A stretch of DNA of 53,850 bases from Lama guanicoe (lineage: Eukaryota). Shown in pieces: positions 1-11,400 of this stretch (positions are counted from its first letter, which is position 1; every line of letters begins with the position of its first letter). The notes beneath the pieces were generated by a model. The model had not been told where the DNA came from. It saw only the letters and a list, made by a program, of their open reading frames with translations, and made no database searches. Location: contig MU053352.1 of the NCBI GenBank assembly GCA_013239625.1, positions 1,001,079-1,054,928 of the forward strand, given 5' to 3'. A program made the position numbers and the translations under genes.

Positions 1-712
1 AGCCTCGGGAACACCCAATCTCTGGCCACAGTTATCCAGTGGGACCTCCTCAGCCATTAGAATTGACCACTTGCCCCTTAAGGCCACTCCCTTGCCCCAC
101 CCTAATAGTAACACCTCCTCTCTCTTCCAGCCCAGGACGGCCCCCTCGAGGCAGGCAGATGGAAGCTGAATCACCAAGGCCACCCACAGCTGCGGAAGCA
201 GGGTCTTGCCGGCTGGCATCTATCCCCAGCCAGCGGCCCCTGTCCCATCCCCTGGGCACTCAGAGCTGACTCATAGCTGGACTTCCTGGGGTCTACCCTC
301 TGCCTCTAGCCCTTGCAGGACAAAGAGCCCTAGGTGGGCTGGGAGCCAGAGCAGCTGCCACTAAGCCCTTGCCCTTGCCTGGTTCTTGCCTTTCCCATCG
401 TAACAGACGGTTCCTCTCTGAACTCAGGGTCTGGGAAACAGCACACACTCTCAGAGCAGGACAGGCTGATCAGGATTCCAGGCTGGGCCGTGGCCTCTCT
501 GAGCTCTGGAGTCCAACTGTGAAAGAATCATAGGTGCCCAGTGCCAGCTGCTAACCTCTTTCCTGATGTTGGGCTTCCTTCTCTGTGTAAGCCCCTTGCC
601 CACTGGGACACGGTTCATCCCCCTAGCCTGTTGTCTCACCAGTAAGTCCTTGATGACAGCAGCCTGTCTGGAGGAGTAAGACCACAAAGAGGGATGGCTT
701 AATACGGTCTAT

Positions 713-730
713 GTCGCCCTCTTGTGGTCA
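713..730 (-). promoter_or_regulatory. CTCF-like motif
   Basis: Minus strand TGACCACAAGAGGGCGAC fits CCACNAGRGGGCR. Confidence 0.55.
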
Positions 731-789
731 GAATGCAGAATTGCTGCAAATGTCCCCTCATCTCCATCCCAATCTTTGGACTGGGATTA

Positions 790-910
790 AAATCTCCCAG
801 CCCCACTGTTGATTCAGATGCCCTCTAGTGGGCCCAAGAATGTGCTTTTCTTTTTTTCCATTTGCCTCTGGTGATTCTGATGCCCACAGGAGCTTGCAAA
901 TCACTGCTGG
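790..910. mobile_element. MER5-like hAT-Charlie fragment
   Basis: Characteristic GGGCCCAAGAATGTGCTTTT...GGTGATTCTGATGC...AATCACTGCT. Confidence 0.55.
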
Positions 911-921
911 ATAGTCCAAAT

Positions 922-1383
922 TGTAGGGCGGGAGATTTCTACGTGAAGGCCTGGGTAGGACCTCTGCCTCTACAAGGATTAAATCCTGAGCTGCTTCAGC
1001 CGCTGACCTTCAACACACCCTGAAAGGTGATCAGGAATGAGGCACTCTGTGCTCTGGGAAAACTGGCAGAACAGGCTTCAGATATTTTCGGGAGAATTTT
1101 ATGAGCCCTAATTCTTGCATCTCCTCATATCTAGAAAAGAACTAAAATCATTAATGGTGACATCTGCTCCTCATGACCAGAGGCAAGCCTCTGCCAAAAT
1201 GTGTGCTTGACTGCACGTACCCCCCTTCACTGAACTCGTATATAACACTGAGTTCCCCCTGCCTCTTCAGAGCAGCTATTCGGAGCTCTCTGTAATGCTG
1301 TCTCCCTGGCTGTAGTCCTCATCTTGTCCCAAATAAAACTGAACTCACAACTCTCACGTTGTGGGATGTTATTTCAGCTGACA
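922..1383 (+). mobile_element. Solo ERV1-class LTR
   Basis: TG...CA ends, TATATAA 1239-1245, AATAAA 1332-1337, and a U5 end TTCAGCTGACA similar to the LTR at 23405-23854. Confidence 0.65.
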
Positions 1384-1940
1384 GTAGGCCTTGGTGGGAG
1401 GGAGCAAGCTCTACACCCTGGGAGGGTAGCGGGGGGGAGGCTGAAGGCAGAGCCCAAAGCAGGGGTTGTGCAGCAAGTGGGGTGGCGTCCTAACTGTGCT
1501 TTGGGGAAAAGCTCTGGGTCCTGAGCCACCAGTTGAATTTGGACTCTGCCATGTAATCTTAACAATCATTGAAGCCCCCAGTTTTCAGTGCTTGAGTGGA
1601 GGAGCCAGGAGGCCACCCTAGAACAGATCTGTCTCTTAGCCACGCCCCCAGCCTGACACTGTGAGTGAGTCATTCTCCCTCTCTGAGCACCGATTTCCTT
1701 GTCTGTAAAGCAGAGAGGAAAACAGAAGTATGAGCAACCTCAGAGTTGTGCAAGAAATTGTCTAGCATGTACATGCTCCCTAGACAATAATCAACGTCAC
1801 AACCGCCACATCGGTCCCCCCAGTACCCCAGAGAACGCTCACCCTGCTCCTGCTCCCTGAGGGGTATCTCCCCCTTTTCTGCTCTAGTCCCTGCATTGGT
1901 TCCAAACATGAGGCTCAGGATGCTGGGACTCAATCAACTC

Positions 1941-1946
1941 TTTAAT
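1941..1946 (-). terminator. Probable TCN2 polyadenylation signal (ATTAAA)
   Basis: ATTAAA on the minus strand about 470 nt past the stop codon. Confidence 0.6.
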
Positions 1947-2414
1947 CATTTTAGTGGCCGGATGAAAGCAGCCCTGCAGAGCTCTCTCCGGCTGCTACAC
2001 CACTTAGAACAGCTCTGGGGCTGCTTTGATGGCAGAGTGGGGAGCTGGGGTCAGGGCCGCAGAGCTCTCCTCGCAGGACCCCAGTTCCAGAGCGAGCCGT
2101 ACTCACAACGCTGGCGGCAGCGGCCTTCACCTCCTTGTGCCGAGGTGTCTGAGATGCTTGTGCCCTCCAGCCTCTGAGCAGCCTTCACAGGACGCCAGAC
2201 CCAGGCAGACAGATCTCCCGGGGGAGGTGTGGGCTCCCAGCTCAAGGGTGAGTGGTGGCTTAGGACCCCCGCAGGGGTGGTGGCTGGGGTGATCTGGGGA
2301 CAAGGGCGCAAGAGGAGGCAGCAGGGTCAGGCATGTGCCTAATACAGGGATATCTGGAGGGAGGGCAGAAGCCCAGGAGGTGTAGGAGGCGGCTGTGGGG
2401 CTGAGCCCAGGGGG

Positions 2415-2476
2415 CTACCAGCTAACCAGCCTCAGCTCGATGGTCTCTCCATCCCTGGGTCTGTAGTCAGCAAGGC
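2415..2476 (-). CDS. TCN2: TCN2 exon 9 (coding part, ends at TAG)
   Basis: [20 protein letters not shown]; acceptor TTTCTGCAG. Confidence 0.96.
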
Positions 2477-5400
2477 CTGCAGAAACAGGTTGAGCAGGGG
2501 GTTAACAGGGCAGAGTGTCCCACCCACCAGCCCTACCTTCTGGACTCCTACCCTGTCGCCAGGGTCTGTAAGATGGGCTCAGGGCTTAGCAGTGGGAAAT
2601 TAGGGACTGCCCAGAGTCAGTCTGGAGACTCTGAACTCAGTTGTGACCCTGGGGTCGCTGAGACCCACAGGCTCATTTTGCAGTGGGGGAACCCCCAGAG
2701 AGCATGGAAGGGTATGGGATAGCATGCAGGATACCCAACATGGGGCCAAAGGAACCTGACAACACCTGACGGGCTGGGCCACTGCCTTCATAGTCCCCCC
2801 GAGGGGCATCAGGAGGAGGGACCTGCTTGTTGTGGTCTGGGGAGAACCAGGACCACGAGTGAAGTCTCCTGGAAGCCAGCCTTTGCTCACTACAGACAAT
2901 CCAGTCTCCAGCAGGACACTGGGGTTCAAGCCCCAGCTCTGCACTCACTTGCAGCCCAAAGCACCCTAGTGGATGATATATTCCAAGTGGCTATTACAAA
3001 CAAAGGGGGAGATCTACACAGAGTGACATAGACAGATGTCCACAATACGCTAAGGCTGAAAAAAATAAGTTACAGTACAGAGAGCTGTGCCATCCGATAT
3101 GCCAGCCATTAGCCAGATGTGGCTACTGAGCACTTGAAACCTTAACCAAAAAAAGGCATAAAAAAGGGTGGGAGGATATAGCTCAGTGGTAGAGCATGTG
3201 CTTAGCATGCACGAGGTCCTGGGTTCAACCCCTAGTACCTCTGCATAAGTAAATCAGCGCCTAATAAATCAATACCTAATTCTTCCCCCCAAATTTTAAA
3301 AATAAAGTTAAAAATTACAAAAAAAATTTTTAAGGCATGAAAAATATGTCATAATCATTTACACCAATTACATCTTGGAATAATATTTTGGATGCATTAT
3401 TAATATTAGTTTCAGCAACAACGAAATTTAGAATGACACATACGGCTCACAGTTTGTTTCGATCAGACAGCACTGCTGTAGAGTATGACTTCATTTTTAT
3501 GAAAAACAAAAAACAAACTTACATATCTGAAAAATTATCTGGAAGAAAATATACCAAAGGTAAAAAGAAGTTATTTCTGGGTATTGAATTATAAGTAGTT
3601 TGAATTTTCTTCTTTTTTGCTTATCTGATTTCCTAGAGTTGCACAATAACATACAGAAAAATTCTTACACTTGAATACATGATACTCAATCTTGAGCATT
3701 AGTGATTTTTTTTTGAAGGTAGAGAAAGAAGTTTTTAATTTTTTTATTATTATTGTTTTGAGCAATAGTGATTATCTGAGGCTGAGGCCCAGGAAAGTTT
3801 GGGAGAAAGCTGGGTCAAGACTGGGCTGGGGCTGGGGCAGGGTCACATCCAAGGTGGCTGGCCACCAGACTCACCTTGCAGCAGCGGGGTGTTGGGGGCC
3901 CTGAGGAGCTGCCAGAACTCACGTCCCTCAGCCTTTTTCCCCATTACAGAGGTCAGGTAGGGGCCTGACAAGGAGGCCTGTGTTCCGTACCTACCGAAGG
4001 GACAGGCAAAGAGGGAGAAAAGGTGACATTTGGTCCCCTCAACCCAAGGGCAGAAGTAGAATCACCCCCACAAGGAAAGTGCTGCCCTGACTCTCAGGAC
4101 CAGCGCTAGCCAAATCTTCCTGGGACACCTCAGCTTGGGTCTCCCCTCCACCCCTCTTCTCTGGCCCCTCGGACACTGCCCACGCAGGGGACTCCATCCC
4201 CTCTGCGTTGTCCACAACCCGGGATATGGAGGGTCACCTGTTACATTATTGACCCAGCAGCGCTCCCTTTCCGGGGGCTGAGGTTGCAGGCAAGCCGCCA
4301 GCAGCACACAGATGCCAACACCCGACCAGACAGGGGACGCCAGCCCTGCAGGGAAGCGGGAACCCACAAGACGGAGGCAGAGACACACCCCCGGCGGCAC
4401 TGGGTCTCAGGTTCCAGCAGTTTCTGTGACTCAGGGGCACTCCCCACTCTTGTGGCTGGATGGCTCCGTCTTCTCTCTGATTCCTACACCCTGCGCTCCC
4501 CGTTAGCGGAGAGGGCTGGGGTCCGATTTCTGACCTTGGCAACCAAGAGGCTCCTTCCTCTCACCACCCCGCCCGGAGCTCCAGACTCTGCTGCCAAAGG
4601 GAGCCTCTTAAAGGCTGTGGGCCGTGCCGTCCTCCCTCCTAAAGGCTTACAAATGGCCTTGGTCTTAGACGGTGAGGGTTTTTATAGTTTTACAAAACAG
4701 AAACACAGGGTGACCTAGTCAAAGGGAGGGTGTCGTTATAGGGAGCAGCCTGTCCCCAGTCATTCCCAGCGTGCAGGGCCCCGTGGCTGCTCGGAGACCT
4801 CTCTCTGCCTGCCCGTCTCTCTCCGTTTCTCTCTCTCTCCTCTCTCTCTCTCTTTTTCTCAGTCTCTCTCTGTCTCTCTTCTTCTAGAATCTGGTTTTCT
4901 CTGCTGTGCATTCACAGGCCTCGAACGTGGCCTCCGGCCTGGCCTCTTAACCTGGCTCAGGCACCCACCTCCACTTCCAAGAGAATTATTTCTCAGATTG
5001 GTATCCCTGTTGTCTTCTCAGAGGTCCTGGAGTTTTGAATAAAGATATTAAGTTCTATTTTTTTTTCTTATTTTGATGACAATGTCCAAACATGAATACC
5101 AGCAGGTTCTAGGTAATAATTCCAGTGCCTGCTGGATGGAGAGAAGCCTGCCAAGGGCCCCCGGTATCTCTCACCCCCAGCGGTGCTGCCCTGCAGGCTA
5201 CAGCGAAATAGGACAGAAATGGGCTTGGTAGTGAGTGGAGAGTTCAGGGGCCAGGGAAGAGTCTCTGAGCCATAGCTGCCTGTGCAAACTCAACCTGATG
5301 GCAGCTCACATCCAAGGGAGTGCTGAGAGCGCTGGGCTCACGGGCACCTGCGAGGACACCTGCCCCTCAGCAGATAGTCCTTATTCAAATGTTATTGGTT

Positions 5401-8400
5401 TCAGAGCTTTCTTTGTATTTAATTTCTAAAGCTTTAAAGGGGTCTTTGCATATCTCTGGCCTGAAATTCCCTGGCCCAGACGACCCCAAGGCGCCAGCTG
5501 TGGGCCTCCCTTGGCAGCAGGACACTGTTCTTTGGGAACTCCAGGTGGGGACAGAAGTTGGGGCCCTCTCAAACTGACGCACATCCTCCTAGAAGAGAAG
5601 TCTGGGGTCTGGGTGACCTGGTAGAAGGCACTTATTCTCTGGGCCAGATTCCCCATCGGTTATCACCCCCATCTTACTTAGGCAGAGGCACAGAGCTCAG
5701 GAAATGCTTGTGTTCAGACCCGTCCAATCTCAGGGTTAGAAGCAAGTTTAGGGCTGTTGTCTCACCTCCACGTGCTGCACAGGGCTTGCCCGGGTAATTC
5801 GCCGCTGGGATTAGACCAAGATTGTTTGATAATAAAAATTCTCATTCTTATGAGAGCTAACCTGTATTGAGTGTTTACTAAGGGCAGGACTCTGCACACA
5901 AAAAGCACATACCACGTCCTCTTTGTGCACTAATTATTCCCAGACTCCTCCATGGGCTCTGTGCTGGGGGTGGGGGTGCACAACTGCCGTCCTCACTGAG
6001 TTGCAGGTAAATAACTTGTCTGGGCCCCGGGCTGGAGAGGGGGGAGCTGGGTTTCCACATGTGGAGGGTCTGCCCCCTCCCAAGGGAGCTCTCTCTCCAC
6101 CCCTGTCCCATCCGTGTCCCATCTCAGGGATGCGGGGGTGGCTCGGGTGAGGGCCAGGAGGTAGGGGTCTCACATGAATCTTCCATGATCCTGGGCCTTC
6201 TTCAGGACGTCTTCCAAGGAGGAGCCAGCAGGGACAGAGATGGACTGTACGTATGGAGAAAGGATGCTGGAGACCTTCAGCGTGACATGGATGACCTCCG
6301 GGACTTGGGTCTGTGAAGAGGTCTCCATAGCTGGCTCCAACGTGACTGTGTGGAGGAGAGGGGAAGCGGCAGCTGGTCTGAGAGCAGGGGGCCGGACGTC
6401 AGCTCTCCTTTCTTCTCTAGGAGACGCTGTGGCCCCTCGGCACCTCTGTCTTCCCTGTGGTCCCATGGCAGTCAACACCTCCACCTCCTGAGCAGCTGGA
6501 GCCTGGCTGCCTTTCCAGCCTCCCCTGTCCCCCAGCTCCCACATCCTCCGGCTGCCCAAGGTCAGGCCCCTCAGTGATTTCTCTGCCTCCAGTATCCCCC
6601 CCTCACCTATCTGCCACACAGCAGCCCAGAGGGCTCTTTCTAGAATGTATATTTGTTCATATCAGCCCCTGTTCCCTCTGAGGGTCTCCCCTCCCGTTCA
6701 CTCTTCTGCCCGCTGCTCCAGCTCATTCTCCCAGACTCCACTCTTTAGTAAGCCCCTTCTCCCAATTTCCAATCTTGTCTGCCTCTGCACCTTTGTTCTT
6801 GCTGCCTGCTCTCTGCTCTGCCTTCAGAAGACTCTTATCCGCTGGCAAATCTCACTTGCTGACTGCAGTCCCTCTCCCAGATGAAGCCTTGATTCAAGGA
6901 GCTGGGACTCATTTGTTATGATGTATCAGAGCTGAGCAAAGTGTGTCTCTCCCCATTCACCTTCCATCCATCCATCCATCCATCCATTCCTGTCACATGA
7001 GGGGCTGGAGATTCATGGCCTGCCCAGAGCTCACCATCTGGTGTCTCACTCCCCACACTCTAAGCTTCTAGACTCTATGACTGCATCTTAGCTGCCAGTG
7101 TGTCCCACACCTGCCTGCAAACCCCTACACGTTAACTCAGCGAATCTGGACTAAGCGACCTCCCCTCACTGGGACATGCAGACTTCAAGGCAGATTGAAA
7201 AGAATAGGGCTTCTGTGAAAGGCTCGGCTACCTCTTGGTGCCTGGCAGTCTGGGAAGATGAGATCCACATAGCTCTTGCGGTTCAGGACTGGCAGCAGCT
7301 GAGAAATCATCATAGGATTCCGGAAGGTCTTGTGCTGCAGGCTGGCCAACAGAGCAGCCTTGGCCTTGAGGCATGCTGCGCCCAGCTCCACCGTGGGTGT
7401 GCGTGAGGTCATCAGCAACTGGTGACAGAATGGGCAAGAAGAGGAGGCGGGGGGTCAGCCAGCCCTGTCTGCTCCACCTCCCACCAGCCCCCAGGGTGGA
7501 CCATGGCCCCATGGCCTCCTTCCTACCTGCAGCGCCAGAGGGGTACTGTAGACGTTCCCGAAGTGGCCCTCGGGGGTCTGGGCCTTCAGGATCTTCTCTT
7601 GTACCCTCCCGAGGGCCAGGGTGATCCGGTCTCTCTGACTGGGGTTGAGGTTGGACAGCTCCAGACAGGAGAAAGCCAAGCCCGCCATGGCCACGGAGTC
7701 TAGCAGGGGACAAAACCCAGTGGGGTCAGGCCTGGCGGGACCTTGGGGCAACAGGCAATCACAGGGGGGCTTGAGGAAGGGGGCTGATACGGTCAGAGCA
7801 TGATTTCAGAAAGTTTCCACCAGCTAGGGGGACCAATCAGCCCCGTTTGCCCACTTTCCGGGACGGCAACCTGGGATGGTCGGTCACCCTATTCCTGTCT
7901 GCCGCCTGGGGGTCAGGGGTTAGGGAAAGAGCCTGGAGAACAGAGGGCAAAGAGGACTTTATCCTACACCACTCATTCCCCAAGCTGCCCGCACTTTGGA
8001 ATCACCAGGGGATTTTAAAATGGGCAGATGCCTGGGTCCACTCCAGGTGGTCTAGTTTAACAGGTCCAGGGAGCTGCTTGGGCTCTGGGGGGTTTTAAGC
8101 TCCCTGCCGCAAGGGGATTTAATGTATCCACAGTGCGTTTTCTGTAAGCCTCTGGGGCAGAACAAGTCCCTGCTGGCTTCTGCTCTCTGGGAACCTCCCC
8201 TCCCCACCTCTGACCTCCTCCAACCTGCCTCCCCCCATGCGAGGCACGCACACTCCAAGAACACAGCCAGGCCTAGAAGAGACCCTGACATCGCGATGAC
8301 AAGGAAGGGCACTGGAGACCCGAGGTCACACAGTGAGCTGACCCAGAATCCAGGTCTCAGGCACATCCCAGCTTATCTGATGAGAACATCGTGGCTGGGT

Positions 8401-11400
8401 GTCCAGAACTCTCTCCCTGATGGGCACCAGGCTGCGCCCTTTACTTATAAGGTATCTTTTATTGAGCTGCTGCCGAGGGGTTATTTTACCAGAGCAGCTG
8501 CACCAGAAAGGCCAGCTGATTTGTCCACTGGGACCTACAGCAAGTGTGTGATGGAGGGCAGGGTCAGGGTCTGGTCCAGCTCCACTGCGGGCAGCGCTGT
8601 GCCACAGTGAGCCCTCCTGTGACACTTCTCATGGACTTGACAGGGAGAGGTGAGCAGGGCCTGGGGGCAGAGGCCTTCATCTGGGGTGGGGTTAGAGGAG
8701 GGCCAGCCTGGCCTCAGAGGAGGGGTGTAGGGGGTTGGGGGTGGGGTCTGGCTCACTCACCCACAGAGAGGTGGGCCTGGCGGAGATGCCCTTCATGCTC
8801 CACGGCGTACAGGAGCTTGCCCACCACGCTGTCATGGACCCGCTTCTGATGGAGGCACAGGGCCAGGATGCCCAGGCTGTACTGGTAGTAGCTCGTGTGG
8901 GGGTGGCCCTTGTGATTGTGCCCTCGGGGAGAAAACCACAGGGTGTGGGCATCATGCTGGGCCTGAGGGGCTGCCCCTCTGCCCTCTCCCACAACCAGCC
9001 CTGCCAGCACCGGACCCATTGCCTACACCGCCCAACACCCTCCTTTAGGTCGTGGGATCCTTCTTGCCTTCATTCCCTTCGCCCATACTTGCTGAGACCC
9101 CGCTGTCAGGCACTGTGCTTGGAGCATGAACACAGTGACGGCAGGCCTGGCACAGTGCAGCCAGGGCCTCCGAAAATCACATAACCCAAGCTCACAAGAC
9201 CATGAATTGTGGACCAAGGTCCATGGGGCCGAGTAACAGAGGTCTTTGAGTAGCTGGGGAGTTGGGGCAGGATTCTCTGAGGCAGTGATGCTGGGGAGGA
9301 AGGGTGAGGAGAGCTAAAGGTGGAGCTAGAAGGCGAAGGAGACCTTCCAGATAGAGGGAACATATGGGAAGACCCTGGCTGGTGAGCTGAGAGGCCAGTG
9401 TGGCCGGAGCCCATGGAGGGGCAGTGGAATGGGTAGGCCAGAGGGTGGGTGGGCAAAGACTGGAGAGGAGAAAAGGGCAGGCAGGCTGGGCCTGAGGGCT
9501 GTGAACACAGCAGTGAGGAGCCCCTGCAGTGTTTAAACAGCTCTAACAAGATCAGATTTGTATTTAAAACGCTTACTCTGTGTATGCTCGGTGGAGTCAG
9601 GAGGAAGGAAAGTTAGGGAGAGAGGCTGAGGAGTGAGTAGTAAGGAGGCTGCGCAGTTGTCCCAAAGGTGGAAAATCAGGTCTATTTTGGTGCCTGAGCA
9701 GCAAGACTTGCCAACAGAGTGCATGTGGGGTGCAGGAAAGGCTTGATCAAGGGTGGCTCCTGGGGGAAGCCTGAGCCTCTAGGTGGATATCGAGACAGGC
9801 AGATGGAGGGCAGGAAAGAGGCCTGGGGAGAAAACCCAAAGTTCTGATGTAGATGCTTCACCAGACAGTGTTGTCTGGTGAGCCCTCCCCACCCTGGCAG
9901 ACCCCATCTCCTCACCAATGGCCCCCTTCTCGTCCTCCAGGAACCGCTTCAGCTGTGACACCAGCCTGTCCCCCTTGCGGCCTCCGACAAACTCGCAGTT
10001 GGCCCGGAGAGCGAGCAGGTAGAGGGCCAGCTGGCCCATGGAGGGCTTGGCCTCAGAGTCACTGTTGTCATTGCCAGAGGCAGACCTGGGACAAAGGCAG
10101 TTAACAATACTTCTGTAAGAAAGTACCACCCTGGTAAGCCTGGCTTGGGGGGCTCCCCAGCAACATTACAAAGAGGAAAAAAAATCCTAGGAGTTGGAAA
10201 GTTTACTAGACCTGCCAAACGTAGATCTAGTCAGCCTTGTGCGTTGTGAGGAGTATGCCATGCGTATTTCATAAAGATGGAAAATTAAACTCAAGAACAA
10301 ACTCTGAGGGCTCTTGCATCCAAATGACCTGTGTTTGCCCCACCCTTTGGTCACACTTTGCCTGTACATTCTCCCTTTCTTTCCTCTCCCTGCCCTGCGT
10401 CTGCTTCTCAAGAGGGAGTCCAAGCGGGAGATGCTCTATGGTGGTCCTGACCCTTCACCTCTCATTCAAACTCCCATGCTGGACCTCAGAAGAGGCCTCC
10501 CCTTAATGCTCCCTGGAAAGGGAGCACAGATAGTCAGATGCTGCTTCTGGGCTCGGTATGAAAGAGTGCAGTCATAGATTAGTGATGGCTGCCGCAGGTA
10601 TAGGAAGGTACAGCAGCCACGCAAGGGCCCTAGATCAGCATCTCCAATCTAGTCAAAACAACCTCATTCTACGGATGGAGAAAGGCCCAGAGAAGACAAG
10701 ACTTGCCCTACGGTCTCCCAACAAAGCAGTGACAGGAATGCAGGCCTCCAGTCTCTTAGGATGTGGAACACGTGAGGGAGGAGAAGAGAGAATGAGGCAG
10801 CACCTCAGGAGGCTCTGCTGGTAGCTGAGCTTGAGGCTGTGCAGGTAGTGGGCCTCCTTGGCCCCAGCTTGCAGGCTGGAGAGGCGCAGGCCCACGTAGA
10901 CACTGGGGTTCAGGTGCTCCAGGGAGAGCCGGTCCATCCAGGGCAAGAGGCGCTGGCCTAGCCTCTCCACTAGCTCGCTGTCCACCTCCGTTATTTCTTA
11001 GGGAAGAGAACAGGCCAAGTGAGGTCGCAGGGCCAGGCCATCAGCGACGCCTTACTAGGGTCTTCTCCAGGGAATGAACATCTCCATCCTACCTCCACAC
11101 GGCACACACCCTACTCGTATGGGGGGATCTGGCTGGAATGAGAGGCGGCCGGTGAAGAGTGGGGGAAGCAGACGTCCTGAGTGGCTGGAGGGGGCAGGGG
11201 GAGGTGGTGGTCCCAGGACCCACTCTGCCCACCAGCAGTGACAGACTGGATTCTGGGCAGTGTAGGGGGTCCCAGGCCCCAGCCCCACCTCCCTAGGTCC
11301 TCATGCCAGCGCTGTGACAGAGGTACTGCCATCATCACTTTGCATGAAAGAGGAAGCACAATTCAAAGCTATGGGCATGTTCCACCCATTTACAAAACTT

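Noticed and set aside
3166..3245. tRNA-like sequence with A and B boxes (also at 34940-35020 and 51225-51280)
   Set aside because: A-rich tails, TSDs and no convincing cloverleaf: these are tRNA-derived SINEs, not tRNA genes.
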